Assembly (NCBI GenBank): GCA_025464005.1
Contig: JAODBO010000159.1
Location: 9,633-73,632 of the forward strand
DNA length: 64,000 nt
Direction: 5' to 3'
From: Acidimicrobiaceae bacterium
Lineage (GTDB): Bacteria > Actinomycetota > Acidimicrobiia > Acidimicrobiales > Bog-793
Made by a program: the position numbers and the translations under genes. This document shows positions 1-8,688 of this stretch, piece by piece (positions within the stretch are counted from its first letter, which is position 1; each line of letters opens with the position of its first letter). A model generated the notes under the pieces. It was given only the letters and a program-made list of their open reading frames with translations, ran no database searches and was not told the DNA's origin.

Positions 1-1
1 C

Positions 2-349
2 GTCGAGTCCTACCTGCGCGAGCGGATCGCCCGGGCACATGCGGCCGGTATCGACGCAAGTCGCGTCGTGATCGACGCGGGACTCGATCTCGGCAAGAGC
101 GCCGCGCAATCGCTCGAGCTGCTGCGAGCATCCGACCGCCTCGCCGCCGTCGGGCCCCCACTTCTGCTCTCGGCGTCGAACAAGACCTTCATCGGTGCAC
201 TCCTCGGGCTCGGGATCGGCGAGCGTCGAGACGCCTCGCTCGCGGCAGCCGCGCTCGGGGTCGCCCGAGGGTGCCGGATCGTCCGGGTGCACGACGTCGC
301 CGGCACCCGCCGGGTGGTCGACGCGATCGAGCAAGTGCTGGCAGCGTGA
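2..349 (+). CDS. folP: dihydropteroate synthase, C-terminal fragment (5' end outside window)
   Basis: Open from the window edge in frame 2. The translation '..VVIDAGLDLGKS..LLLSASNKTFIGALLG..IVRVHDV' matches conserved DHPS C-terminal motifs. Confidence 0.85.
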   Translation, partial: VESYLRERIARAHAAGIDASRVVIDAGLDLGKSAAQSLELLRASDRLAAVGPPLLLSASNKTFIGALLGLGIGERRDASLAAAALGVARGCRIVRVHDVAGTRRVVDAIEQVLAA

Positions 350-1443
350 GCTCCGACGGCGCCGACGGCGAAACACCATCGGGCGCGCCGCAGGAGGCGC
401 GACGTGCCTATCTCATCCAAGGAGAGGACGCCGGGTTGCTCAGTCAGGCCCTGACGGCGCTGATCTCGCGTCTCACCGCGGACGACGACGGCCTGACGCC
501 GGTGGAGGAGTACGGAGAGCCCGGACGGGGCGAGCCCCGCCGTGACGAGCCCGCGGCGATCGGGCCGGCGCTCGAGGCCTGCCGCACGCTCCCGTTCCTC
601 GCCACGCGCCGCATCGTCGTGCTGCGAGACACCGGCGCTCTCGACGCGTCCCAGGTGAAGGAGGTCGCCGCCTACCTCGCAGAGCCGCTCGAGACGACGG
701 TGCTCGTACTCGTCCATCCGGGAAAGTCGGCGCCGGCAGCCCTCGTCAAGGCGGTGCGCGCCGTCGGGTCCGTCATCGACGCGGTCCCCGCACCACTCGG
801 TCGGGCGCGCTCACAGTGGTTCGCCGAGCATCTGAAGGCGGCTCCGGTCAAGCTCGCGCCCGCCGCCGCGGCCCGTCTCGAAGGTCATCTCGGCGAGGAC
901 ATCTCTCGGCTCGAGGGCATCCTCGCCACCGTGCGCGCCGCGTTCGGCGAGCGAGCGACCGTCAGCGCCGACGACCTCGAGCCGTTCCTCGGCTCGGCCG
1001 GCGGCGTCGCGCCGTGGGACCTCACCGACGCCATAGACGCCGGGAATGCCGCGGCCGCCGTCTCTGCCTTGCATCGGATGGTCGAGGCCGGAGAGCGTCA
1101 CCCCCTGCAGGTGCTGGCCACGTTGCACCGTCACTTCGGTGCGATGTTGCGCCTCGACGGCAGCGGCGCGTCCGACGAGAATGCCGCAGCGGCGCTCACC
1201 GGAATGCGACCGTTCCCGGCGAAGAAGGCGCTCACCCAGGCCCGACGGCTCGGGCACGACCGCATCGCACGCGCCATCGCCCTGCTCGCGGCCGCCGACC
1301 TCGACGTACGCGGCAGGGTCGGGTGGCCCGGCGAGGTCGTGCTCGAGGTGCTCGTCGCCCGCCTGGCGCGCTTGGCACGGGAGCGTCCCGCACCGGGTAG
1401 GCCCGGCCCCGCTCGGCGTGGCGCGGACGCGAGCAGCCGGTGA
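346..1443 (+). CDS. holA: DNA polymerase III subunit delta
   Basis: The ORF track frame 271..1443 has HolA-like sequence ('AYLIQGEDAGLL..', 'PFLATRRIVVL', 'APWDLTDAI', C-terminal helical domain). The GTG at 346 overlaps the folP TGA (GTGA coupling). Confidence 0.8.
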   Translation: MSSDGADGETPSGAPQEARRAYLIQGEDAGLLSQALTALISRLTADDDGLTPVEEYGEPGRGEPRRDEPAAIGPALEACRTLPFLATRRIVVLRDTGALDASQVKEVAAYLAEPLETTVLVLVHPGKSAPAALVKAVRAVGSVIDAVPAPLGRARSQWFAEHLKAAPVKLAPAAAARLEGHLGEDISRLEGILATVRAAFGERATVSADDLEPFLGSAGGVAPWDLTDAIDAGNAAAAVSALHRMVEAGERHPLQVLATLHRHFGAMLRLDGSGASDENAAAALTGMRPFPAKKALTQARRLGHDRIARAIALLAAADLDVRGRVGWPGEVVLEVLVARLARLARERPAPGRPGPARRGADASSR

Positions 1444-2261
1444 GCGACGCCGCGGCCGATCCTGCGGAGCTGCTCGGCCTCGCGATCGAGATGGCACGTG
1501 CCGCGGGTGATCTGCTGCTCGAGGCGCGCTCGGGTGGCCGACACCTGCGACGTCTCGGAGCCACCGCGGTGCGCAAATCCTCGCCGACCGATCTCGCCAC
1601 CGACGCCGACCGCGCGAGCGAGGCGCTCGTGCGGGAGATGCTCTCGATATCGAGACCCGACGACGCGCTGCTCGGCGAGGAAGGCGGGGCGTCGGCCGGC
1701 ACGTCCGGCCTCACGTGGATCGTCGATCCGCTCGATGGCACGACGAACTACGTCTACGACTTCCCAGCTTGGTGCGTCTCGATCGCCGTCAGCGACGCCG
1801 AGGGCGCACTAGCCGGCGTCGTGCACGACCCGCTCCGGTCCGAGACCTTCTCGGCGGCCCGCGGCCTCGGGGCGTGCCTCGGCGGCGAGCGGATCGCCCG
1901 CGGCGCCGCCCCGCCGCTCGGCGAGGCGCTTGTCGGGACGGGCTTCTCCTACTCACCATCGCTCCGCGGCGACCAAGCGCGGCTTCTGCCGACCCTCCTA
2001 CCCGAGGTCCGCGACATCCGGCGGGCGGGATCCGCGGCGATCGACCTCTGCTCGGTCGCTGCCGGGCGCCTCGACGCGTTCTACGAGGCGGGGCTGAAGC
2101 CGTGGGACAGCGCCGCGGGGCTGCTCATCGCTCACGAGTGCGGCATCGTCTCGGCCGAGATCGACGACGTGATCGCGTCGAAGAGCACGCTCGTGGCGGC
2201 GCCACCGGAGCTCCTCGACGAGCTCGTCGCACTTTTGCGGCGGGCACGCCCGGCTGTCTGA
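1440..2261 (+). CDS. inositol monophosphatase family protein (SuhB/ImpA/HisN-type; exact substrate not resolvable)
   Basis: IMPase signature '[13 protein letters not shown]' and 'WDSAAG'. GTG start overlaps the holA stop. Confidence 0.85.
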   Translation: MSDAAADPAELLGLAIEMARAAGDLLLEARSGGRHLRRLGATAVRKSSPTDLATDADRASEALVREMLSISRPDDALLGEEGGASAGTSGLTWIVDPLDGTTNYVYDFPAWCVSIAVSDAEGALAGVVHDPLRSETFSAARGLGACLGGERIARGAAPPLGEALVGTGFSYSPSLRGDQARLLPTLLPEVRDIRRAGSAAIDLCSVAAGRLDAFYEAGLKPWDSAAGLLIAHECGIVSAEIDDVIASKSTLVAAPPELLDELVALLRRARPAV

Positions 2262-2322
2262 CTACCATTCGGGCCGTCATGCGACAGTCGCGCCCGGTCT
2301 CGGGCGCCCGAGGAGGACAGCA

Positions 2323-2805
2323 GTGGAATTCGACGTCGTCATCGAGATCCCGAGAGGGCAGCGGAACAAGTACGAGGTCGACCACGTGACGGGGAGGATC
2401 CGGCTCGACCGGACCCTGTTCACCGCGACGCATTACCCCACCGACTACGGCTTTATCGAGGACACGCTCGGCCAGGACGGCGACCCTCTCGATGCGTTGG
2501 TCCTGGTCGAGGAGCCGACCTTCCCGGGCTGCCTGATCGCATCCCGGCCGATCGCAATGTTCAAGATGACCGACGAGAAGGGTCCGGACGACAAGGTGAT
2601 CTGCGTCCCGGCCGGCGATCCTCGCTACGACCGGTTGCAGGATCTCGGAGACATCCCGAAGTACGAGCGCGCCCAGATCGAGCACTTCTTCGAGGTCTAC
2701 AAGGCGCTCGAGCCAAACAAGCGGGTCGAGAGCGCTGAATGGGTCGACCGCAGCGCCGCGGAGACCGAGATCGTCGCTTCCCGGAGGCGTCAGCACTCCG
2801 GCTGA
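2323..2805 (+). CDS. ppa: inorganic pyrophosphatase
   Basis: '[16 protein letters not shown]', '[22 protein letters not shown]' are family I PPase motifs. GAGGAGGA Shine-Dalgarno lies upstream of the GTG. Confidence 0.95.
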   Translation: MEFDVVIEIPRGQRNKYEVDHVTGRIRLDRTLFTATHYPTDYGFIEDTLGQDGDPLDALVLVEEPTFPGCLIASRPIAMFKMTDEKGPDDKVICVPAGDPRYDRLQDLGDIPKYERAQIEHFFEVYKALEPNKRVESAEWVDRSAAETEIVASRRRQHSG

Positions 2806-2849
2806 GTCCGAACGCGCCCGACCCGCCAGCGCTGCAAGGCGAGGGTTGC

Positions 2850-3959
2850 TTACCGCTGCAGCCGGAGATGCCAGGCGCGCTCCATCTCGGCGACGGCCGC
2901 GCCGGCAAGAAGGTCGGTGCCTCCGGGGGCGTCCACGTGGATGCCGTCCGAGTCCCGGACCTGGACGAGGCTTCCCGACGCGTCCGGCAGGTACTCGCTG
3001 TAACGGCCGGCGGCGTCGGCGAGCAGCGACCAGCTGGGCAGGTAGAGCACTCCGGGGTGCGCGCGTGCCTCGGCCGCGTAGACGGCGTTCTCCGCCTGCA
3101 TGTCGGCACTCGACAACGTCGCCGTCGGCGACATCATGGGCATGCCCACCCAGAGCACGTGCGCGCCGGCCGCTGTCGCCTCGCGCATGATCGTCGCGAC
3201 TCGAGCGCCGTAGACGGACTGCCAAAGCGGCGTGGCGAAGCCGACGAAGCGCGATCCGACATCGAAGCTCTGCGCGTCGTTGCCGCCGAGCATCACGACG
3301 ACTATCCCCGGCCGGTAGCGGCGGAGCTCGACCTCGAGCTCGGCCGGCCAGTCGTAATAGCCGAGCGCGGCAAGGCCGGTCGATCCCACGGCGTCTTGGA
3401 CGATCCGCACGGACGGATTGCCGCCCAGCGCGTCGCCGAGCCCGTAGCCGAGGTCCTCACCGATCGAGTCGCCGATGTCGAGGATCGTGAGCCGGTGCGC
3501 CGGGCTCGGCTCGGCGATGCGCGGCGGCCCGAGGGGAGGGCTCGACGCGAGCAGCGGCTCGGACGGCATCGTCGACGACGACGACGACGACGACGATGCG
3601 GGAATCGTCAGGGCCCGACCGCGCACCGTTGCCGTGCCCACCCGATCCGACCGGCTCAGATGCGGCGCGGGGACGCTCGCGACCGAGCCGCCCGGCGTCC
3701 CGTCCCGGCCGAGCGCCCGGTCCACGCCGCGAAGCGGCTGACCAAGGCCGAGCGCCCCACTCGCTCGGGCGAGGGGCCGGAGAATGGTCACCGCGATGCT
3801 CCGCCGAGCGCCGAGCGGCGCGGCGATCGCCGAGCTGTAGAGCTGGTGCGCGTCGAGCACGAGCCATGTGGCGAAGCAGACGACCGCTATGCCGAGCACC
3901 TGGCCGGCCGAGACGAGGCGCCGCCCCTTGGTTCGACGTGTTGGGCGTGTGGATCTCAT
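2850..3959 (-). CDS. membrane-anchored SGNH/GDSL hydrolase-acyltransferase (AlgJ/PatB-like partner of the MBOAT)
   Basis: 'ILDIGDSIGEDLGYGL' (block I GDS) and 'VVVMLGGNDAQ' (block III GxND), with an N-terminal TM helix and poly-Ser linker. I chose the ATG at 3959, which overlaps the MBOAT stop; the ORF track extends to 4094. Confidence 0.7.
   Translation of the reverse strand: MRSTRPTRRTKGRRLVSAGQVLGIAVVCFATWLVLDAHQLYSSAIAAPLGARRSIAVTILRPLARASGALGLGQPLRGVDRALGRDGTPGGSVASVPAPHLSRSDRVGTATVRGRALTIPASSSSSSSSTMPSEPLLASSPPLGPPRIAEPSPAHRLTILDIGDSIGEDLGYGLGDALGGNPSVRIVQDAVGSTGLAALGYYDWPAELEVELRRYRPGIVVVMLGGNDAQSFDVGSRFVGFATPLWQSVYGARVATIMREATAAGAHVLWVGMPMMSPTATLSSADMQAENAVYAAEARAHPGVLYLPSWSLLADAAGRYSEYLPDASGSLVQVRDSDGIHVDAPGGTDLLAGAAVAEMERAWHLRLQR
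3573..3596 (-). repeat. (TCG)8 trinucleotide repeat encoding Ser8 in the SGNH protein linker
   Basis: Plus strand reads (CGA)8; the minus-frame translation is 'PASSSSSSSSTMP'. Confidence 0.9.
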
Positions 3960-5512
3960 CAGAATCGGAAGTAAATAAAGGGAGCCACGCCGGCCGGACC
4001 GAGGGTCGTGATCACGAGCATCGCCAGGCCGAGCACGAGTCCCTTGAGCACGGTCCCGAGCTGGGCGAAAGTCTCCTGCACGCGGATCCCCCACCCTTTC
4101 GGGACGAACTGGAGGCCGAGGGAGGACACGATCACCGCTACGACCGGGAGACGGACGAGCGGGGCCGGCTGGCCCCAGGTCGTCACGAGGCGTCCTACCA
4201 AGGAGAACGCCCTATTGACCGTGCTCGCGTTGAAGAAGATCCAGGCGAAGCTCACGATGTTGAAGGTCACGAACCGCTGCAGCCACACCGCAGCCGGCTC
4301 GTCGGACCGTGTCGGCGCGCCGCGGCGCTCCCGCCGGCTCCGCCGCCAGTGACCTACGCACTGTGCGACGCCGTGGATCGCTCCCCAGATTACGAACGTC
4401 CAGCCCGCGCCGTGCCACAGGCCGCCGAGCACCATCGTGATCATCAGGTTTCGGTAGAGCCTCGCCTTGGTGCCATGGCTCCCCCCGAGGGGGACGTAGA
4501 GGTAGTCCCTGAACCAGAGCGACAGCGTGATGTGCCATCGCCGCCAGAACTCCTGCAGCGATCGGGCCGAGTACGGCCGGTCGAAGTTCTGCGGGAACTG
4601 GAAGCCGAGCAGCATCGCGCAGCCGATCGCGATGTCGGTGTATCCGCTGAAATCGCAGTAGATCTGCACGCCGTATCCGTACGCCGCGAGCAGGATCTCC
4701 GGCGCGCTGTGCAGGGACGGATCGTTGAACACCGGTGCGACGATCGCGGACGAGACATAGCTCGAGATGACAACCTTCTTGAACAGCCCGCCGAATATCA
4801 GGAACGCCGCTCGTGGGAGGTCGATATGACGCGGGTCACGCTGGACCGCCCGGGCCACCTGGGGCAGCAGCTCCGAGGCGCGAACGATCGGTCCTGCCAG
4901 CAAGTGGGGAAAGAACGCCTCGTACACCGCGACGTCGAGCAGTGGGGCGGGCTCCAGCTGCCTCCGGTAGACGTCGACGACGTAGGAGAGCCCCATGAAG
5001 GTGTAGAAGGAGACGCCGAGCGGGAAGCCGGACGATTCGAGCAACGGTATCGACGCGCTGTGAACGCCGAGGTGACGTAGGGCGTTGTCGAGCGTCAAGG
5101 ACAAGAAGCCGTAATACTTGAACCAGCCGAGCATTCCGAGCTCACAGACGATCGTCACCGTGAGCCATCGGCGACGGGCGCGATCGGACTGCTCGCGGTG
5201 GATGAGCAGCGCTCCGGCGTAGGTGCACAGCGTCGAGGCGGCGAGCAGGAATACGTAGCGCCAGTCCGGCCACGAGTAGAAGAGGTAGCTCGCGGCGAGG
5301 ATCATGAGCGCCCACGCTCGCCTGTATGGTCTGAGCAGCCAATTCCCGATGAACACGACGCCGAGGAAGATGGCGAAGTCGATAGTCGGGAACAGCACGC
5401 CGGGCCCCCAAGTGGCAGCCGACCTGGCCGCTTGAAACGAGCACACTACCGGGTCGCGCTGCTCGACCTCGGCACTGTGTGAGGTCGACGCCTTTCTATC
5501 CGTGACCGCCAC
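3959..5512 (-). CDS. MBOAT family O-acyltransferase (AlgI/PatA/DltB-like)
   Basis: Polytopic membrane protein with 'SFYTFMGLSYVVDVYR' and 'FWRRWHITLSLWFRDYLYVPLGGS' (MBOAT catalytic His region). An alternative in-frame GTG start at 5398 is possible. Confidence 0.9.
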   Translation of the reverse strand: MAVTDRKASTSHSAEVEQRDPVVCSFQAARSAATWGPGVLFPTIDFAIFLGVVFIGNWLLRPYRRAWALMILAASYLFYSWPDWRYVFLLAASTLCTYAGALLIHREQSDRARRRWLTVTIVCELGMLGWFKYYGFLSLTLDNALRHLGVHSASIPLLESSGFPLGVSFYTFMGLSYVVDVYRRQLEPAPLLDVAVYEAFFPHLLAGPIVRASELLPQVARAVQRDPRHIDLPRAAFLIFGGLFKKVVISSYVSSAIVAPVFNDPSLHSAPEILLAAYGYGVQIYCDFSGYTDIAIGCAMLLGFQFPQNFDRPYSARSLQEFWRRWHITLSLWFRDYLYVPLGGSHGTKARLYRNLMITMVLGGLWHGAGWTFVIWGAIHGVAQCVGHWRRSRRERRGAPTRSDEPAAVWLQRFVTFNIVSFAWIFFNASTVNRAFSLVGRLVTTWGQPAPLVRLPVVAVIVSSLGLQFVPKGWGIRVQETFAQLGTVLKGLVLGLAMLVITTLGPAGVAPFIYFRF

Positions 5513-5744
5513 CCGTCGAGGCTCGGCTCGGGAAGTGCCAGCTCACATCGGCCCACAGCCGAAAACCCTATGGACGATATCCTTGATCCCTAGGCAACAC
5601 AGGCGTAACATAACGCCGCCAGAACGTGCTGCACCTGCGAGAGCAGGGATCAAGACGCGGGAGCGGGGGGCCGCCCCGTCTTGTGAACCGTTGCACGAGT
5701 CAGGCCGTGAGCGCCATGGCGGCGCGGACGCCCGAGGAGGCAGC

Positions 5745-6035
5745 GTGGCCCTCAGCTGGAATAGAACGATCGATTGGGACGGGGACTCCTGGCGCGCGAG
5801 AGCTGCGTGCTGCGACACCGACCCGGACCTCTTCTTCCCCATCGGCACGACCGGACAGGCGATCGACCAGATCGAAGCCGCCAAGTCCGTCTGTCGCCAG
5901 TGCGAAGCGCAGGCCCCGTGCCTCGAGTTCGCCCTCGCGACCAACCAGGAGTCGGGAGTCTGGGGCTGCACCTCAGAGGAGGAGCGGCGCAAGCTCCGCA
6001 AAGCCTGGCTCGCGCGACAGCGCCGCGCGTCGTGA
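5745..6035 (+). CDS. whiB: WhiB family transcriptional regulator (Fe-S, Wbl)
   Basis: Four Cys in 'AACCDTDPDLFFP...CRQCEAQAPCLEFAL' followed by 'GVWGC' and a basic tail. GTG at 5745 is preceded by GAGGAGG (5734-5740). The ORF track start at 5502 is probably too long. Confidence 0.9.
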   Translation: MALSWNRTIDWDGDSWRARAACCDTDPDLFFPIGTTGQAIDQIEAAKSVCRQCEAQAPCLEFALATNQESGVWGCTSEEERRKLRKAWLARQRRAS

Positions 6036-6081
6036 CACCGGCTCGAGATCTCGGCACGGCTCGTAGCTGAGCGGTCCTTCG

Positions 6082-6111
6082 AAGGGCCGTCCGTCAAAGG
6101 GCCGTCCGTCA
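6082..6111. repeat. perfect 15-bp tandem duplication (AAGGGCCGTCCGTCA x2, degenerate third copy follows)
   Basis: Read directly from the sequence. It lies in the 135-bp convergent spacer between whiB and pdtaS. Confidence 0.9.
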
Positions 6112-6170
6112 AAGGCGGTCGCCCGAGGACCTGGAGCCTTCACCGCCAGGCGGTCACGCGCAGGGTCGTG

Positions 6171-7715
6171 TCACGGGCGGGACGCGTCACCCGCTGCGCC
6201 CAACGGAACGGTTATCCGCACCACCGCCCCGCCTTCGGAGCGCACGGAGATCGATCCCCCGAGCTGGCTGCGCACGAGGTCTCGCACGATCGCAAGGCCG
6301 AGGCTGCGCGTCCCGTCGATGTCGAAGCCCTCCGGGAAGCCCCGGCCGTTGTCCCTGATCTCCACCGACAGCTCCACCCCGTCGCTCTCCAGGGTCAAGT
6401 AGACGATGAGCTCCTGCTGCTCGGGATCGGTGAATGCGTGCTCCACCGCATTTTGCAGGAGCTCGGCGATGACGACGGCGAGCGGCGTCGCGACGTCCGC
6501 GACCAGGTCCCCTGCGTCCCCGGCGACCTGGATGTCCACGTACTCGCTCGAGACGTTGGCATCCTTGGCAAGCTGCACGAGCGCGGGCACGATCTCCTTG
6601 AACGGCACCTGCTCACCCGGCTCCCTGGCCAGGATCTCGTGGACGAGCGCGATCGCCCGGATGCGCCGCTCGGCTTCGAGCAGCGCGACCCGCGCCGCGC
6701 GGTCCTCGAGGCGGCGCGACTGCAGCCGCAGCAGGGACGAGATCGTCTGCAGGTTGTTCTTGACGCGGTGGTGCACCTCCCGGATCGCTGCGTCCTTGGA
6801 CAACAGGAGCCGGTCGCGGCGACGCAGGTCCGTGACGTCTCGCACGAGCACAGCGGCGCCACGCACCTCGCCATCCTCGATGAGCGGGATACAACGGAGC
6901 AGCACCATGACGTCCGGGCGTCGCTCGATCTCCTCTATGACCGGGAGCCGCTGTTCGAACGATTGCACGACCGCCTCCGAGTCGACGCCGAGCGACGCGA
7001 GCGTGTTGCCGACGATCGCCGAGACGATGCCCATCCGGTGGAGGGCGTTCACCGCGTTCGGTGAGGCGAACGTGACGCGCTGGTCGGCGTCGAGCACGAC
7101 CACCCCGTCCCCGACGCGGGGTGCCTCCTCGATGGCGGCCTCGTCGGTAACGAAGGGGTAGAGACCGGCCGAGACCATGGCGGCAAGCCGGTCGAACAGT
7201 CTCAGGTACACGCGCTCGAGCCCGCCGGTGCGGCGACCGACCGTCGGCGACCAGACACGACTGAGCACGCCGACGACGTCGCCGCGCCAGCGCACGGGTA
7301 TGCACTGGTAACGGACGGGGCCCTCTTCCATGCCAGCGGGACGCTCGCCCGTCATGATCGTTCCGCGACGCCACGACTCGAGGACGAGCGGGAGCTCACC
7401 GGCCGCCATGACCTGACCCACGAGGTCCAGCTCGAAGAGGGTCTGGCTCGTGGTCGGACGCATCTGGCCGAGCACGACGAAGTGCAACCCGAGCAGCGAC
7501 GCCCCGGCGTCCTGGCGTGGCTCGCCTTCCGGCCACACCTCGGCACCGGGCTGGGCCACGGCGAGCGAGAACTGGTCCAGCGGCACGTAGAGCAGTAGGT
7601 CCGAGAACGACAGGTCGGCGAGCATGCCCCAGGACCCCATGAGGCGCTCGAGGTGCTTTCGAGCCCCGATGTCGAGCCCGGTGTACTCACGGGCGAGGTC
7701 GACAGGCGACGTCAC
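6171..7715 (-). CDS. pdtaS: sensor histidine kinase, HisKA_2/HWE type, PdtaS-like (GAF/PAS + kinase, no TM)
   Basis: 'EVHHRVKNNLQTISSLLRLQSRR' H-box and HATPase_c motifs ('ELLQNAVEHAF', 'DNGRGFP', 'SLGLAIV'). It is soluble and lies next to whiB, as I recall for Mycobacterium whiB1/pdtaS. Confidence 0.75.
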   Translation of the reverse strand: MTSPVDLAREYTGLDIGARKHLERLMGSWGMLADLSFSDLLLYVPLDQFSLAVAQPGAEVWPEGEPRQDAGASLLGLHFVVLGQMRPTTSQTLFELDLVGQVMAAGELPLVLESWRRGTIMTGERPAGMEEGPVRYQCIPVRWRGDVVGVLSRVWSPTVGRRTGGLERVYLRLFDRLAAMVSAGLYPFVTDEAAIEEAPRVGDGVVVLDADQRVTFASPNAVNALHRMGIVSAIVGNTLASLGVDSEAVVQSFEQRLPVIEEIERRPDVMVLLRCIPLIEDGEVRGAAVLVRDVTDLRRRDRLLLSKDAAIREVHHRVKNNLQTISSLLRLQSRRLEDRAARVALLEAERRIRAIALVHEILAREPGEQVPFKEIVPALVQLAKDANVSSEYVDIQVAGDAGDLVADVATPLAVVIAELLQNAVEHAFTDPEQQELIVYLTLESDGVELSVEIRDNGRGFPEGFDIDGTRSLGLAIVRDLVRSQLGGSISVRSEGGAVVRITVPLGAAGDASRP

Positions 7716-8665
7716 GGCAGCGAAGGCCCGGCGAGGACGTCGACGTCCCGCCCCACCCGGCGGCGAAATGCGCGCAGGCTCGTGTAGCCGGCGCCGCTTG
7801 CCATAGTGGCCAGCTCGTCCACCCGGGAGGCCACATCACCTCGCCCATGGGCGTCGGAAGCGGTCGTGACGGGCACGCCGCGCGCGTGGAACCGGGCGAG
7901 GAGGTCCTTTGCCGGATAGGCCTCGGCGACGGGCTTGCGCCATCCCGCGGAGGAGATCTCGGCGGCCATCCCCGACGCCGCGGCCGCGGTGGCCATCCGG
8001 TCGTGGCACTCGTCGAGCAGCGCGTGCGAGGGGCGCTGCCCGGTCACCTTGACGAGGTCGGGATGCGCGAGAACGTCGCACGCGCCCGTCGCAGCCAGCT
8101 CCTCGAGCGCCTCGGTGTAGGAGCGCCACGCCTCCTCGGCGCCCCGCCGGTGCCACTCGCGCTGCGCGACCTCGTCCTCGACGTCGTCGAACATCCACGT
8201 GCCGAGCCAGTGCACCGAGCCGAGGAGCACGTCGAAGGGGTAACCGGCGAGCAGCGCGGCGACGGCGTCCATGCGGCCCGGGTAGTAGTCGACCTCGAGG
8301 CCGAGCACGACCGGGAGCCCGGCCCGCTTGGCCGCGAGTGCCGCTTCGACGTAGTCGTCGAGATCCTCCGTGGCGTGGTGCTCGAAGTAGGCGAGCATCC
8401 CCCCTCGCAGCGCCTCGTCGCGCTCGCTCTCCCAGAAAGGGCCGACGGCGGCGCGCCCGGCGGCGAAGCGGAAGAAATGCTCGGTGAGGGCGATCTCCTC
8501 GACGCCCGCCGCCGCGGCTCGCTCGCAATACTCGGCCAGCCGCTCGACGCGGTACTCAGTCGAGTCGGCGCGCTCCTCGTGTGGCCAGAGATGGACGTGG
8601 TAGTCGAGCAAGACTTCCATGGTAGGCGGCATCGGCTCCCGCTCCCCGCCCGTCGAGCGATCCAC
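7712..8665 (-). CDS. PHP-family histidinol-phosphatase (HisJ/HisK type)
   Basis: 'LDYHVHLWPHE', 'ALTEHFF', 'GSVHWL', 'LAHPDLVK', 'TASDAHG' are PHP metal ligands. A better SD precedes the ATG at 8632 (alternative start). Its stop overlaps the pdtaS start (GTGA). Confidence 0.8.
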   Translation of the reverse strand: MDRSTGGEREPMPPTMEVLLDYHVHLWPHEERADSTEYRVERLAEYCERAAAAGVEEIALTEHFFRFAAGRAAVGPFWESERDEALRGGMLAYFEHHATEDLDDYVEAALAAKRAGLPVVLGLEVDYYPGRMDAVAALLAGYPFDVLLGSVHWLGTWMFDDVEDEVAQREWHRRGAEEAWRSYTEALEELAATGACDVLAHPDLVKVTGQRPSHALLDECHDRMATAAAASGMAAEISSAGWRKPVAEAYPAKDLLARFHARGVPVTTASDAHGRGDVASRVDELATMASGAGYTSLRAFRRRVGRDVDVLAGPSLP

Positions 8666-8688
8666 CGTCGAAAACCGCTGTCACCTGT

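Noticed and set aside
1440-8665. Redundant histidinol-phosphatases (an IMPase-family HisN-like gene at 1440 and a PHP HisJ-like gene at 7712)
   Set aside because: The IMPase-family protein cannot be assigned to HisN rather than SuhB, ImpA or CysQ from sequence motifs alone, so the redundancy claim is unsupported.
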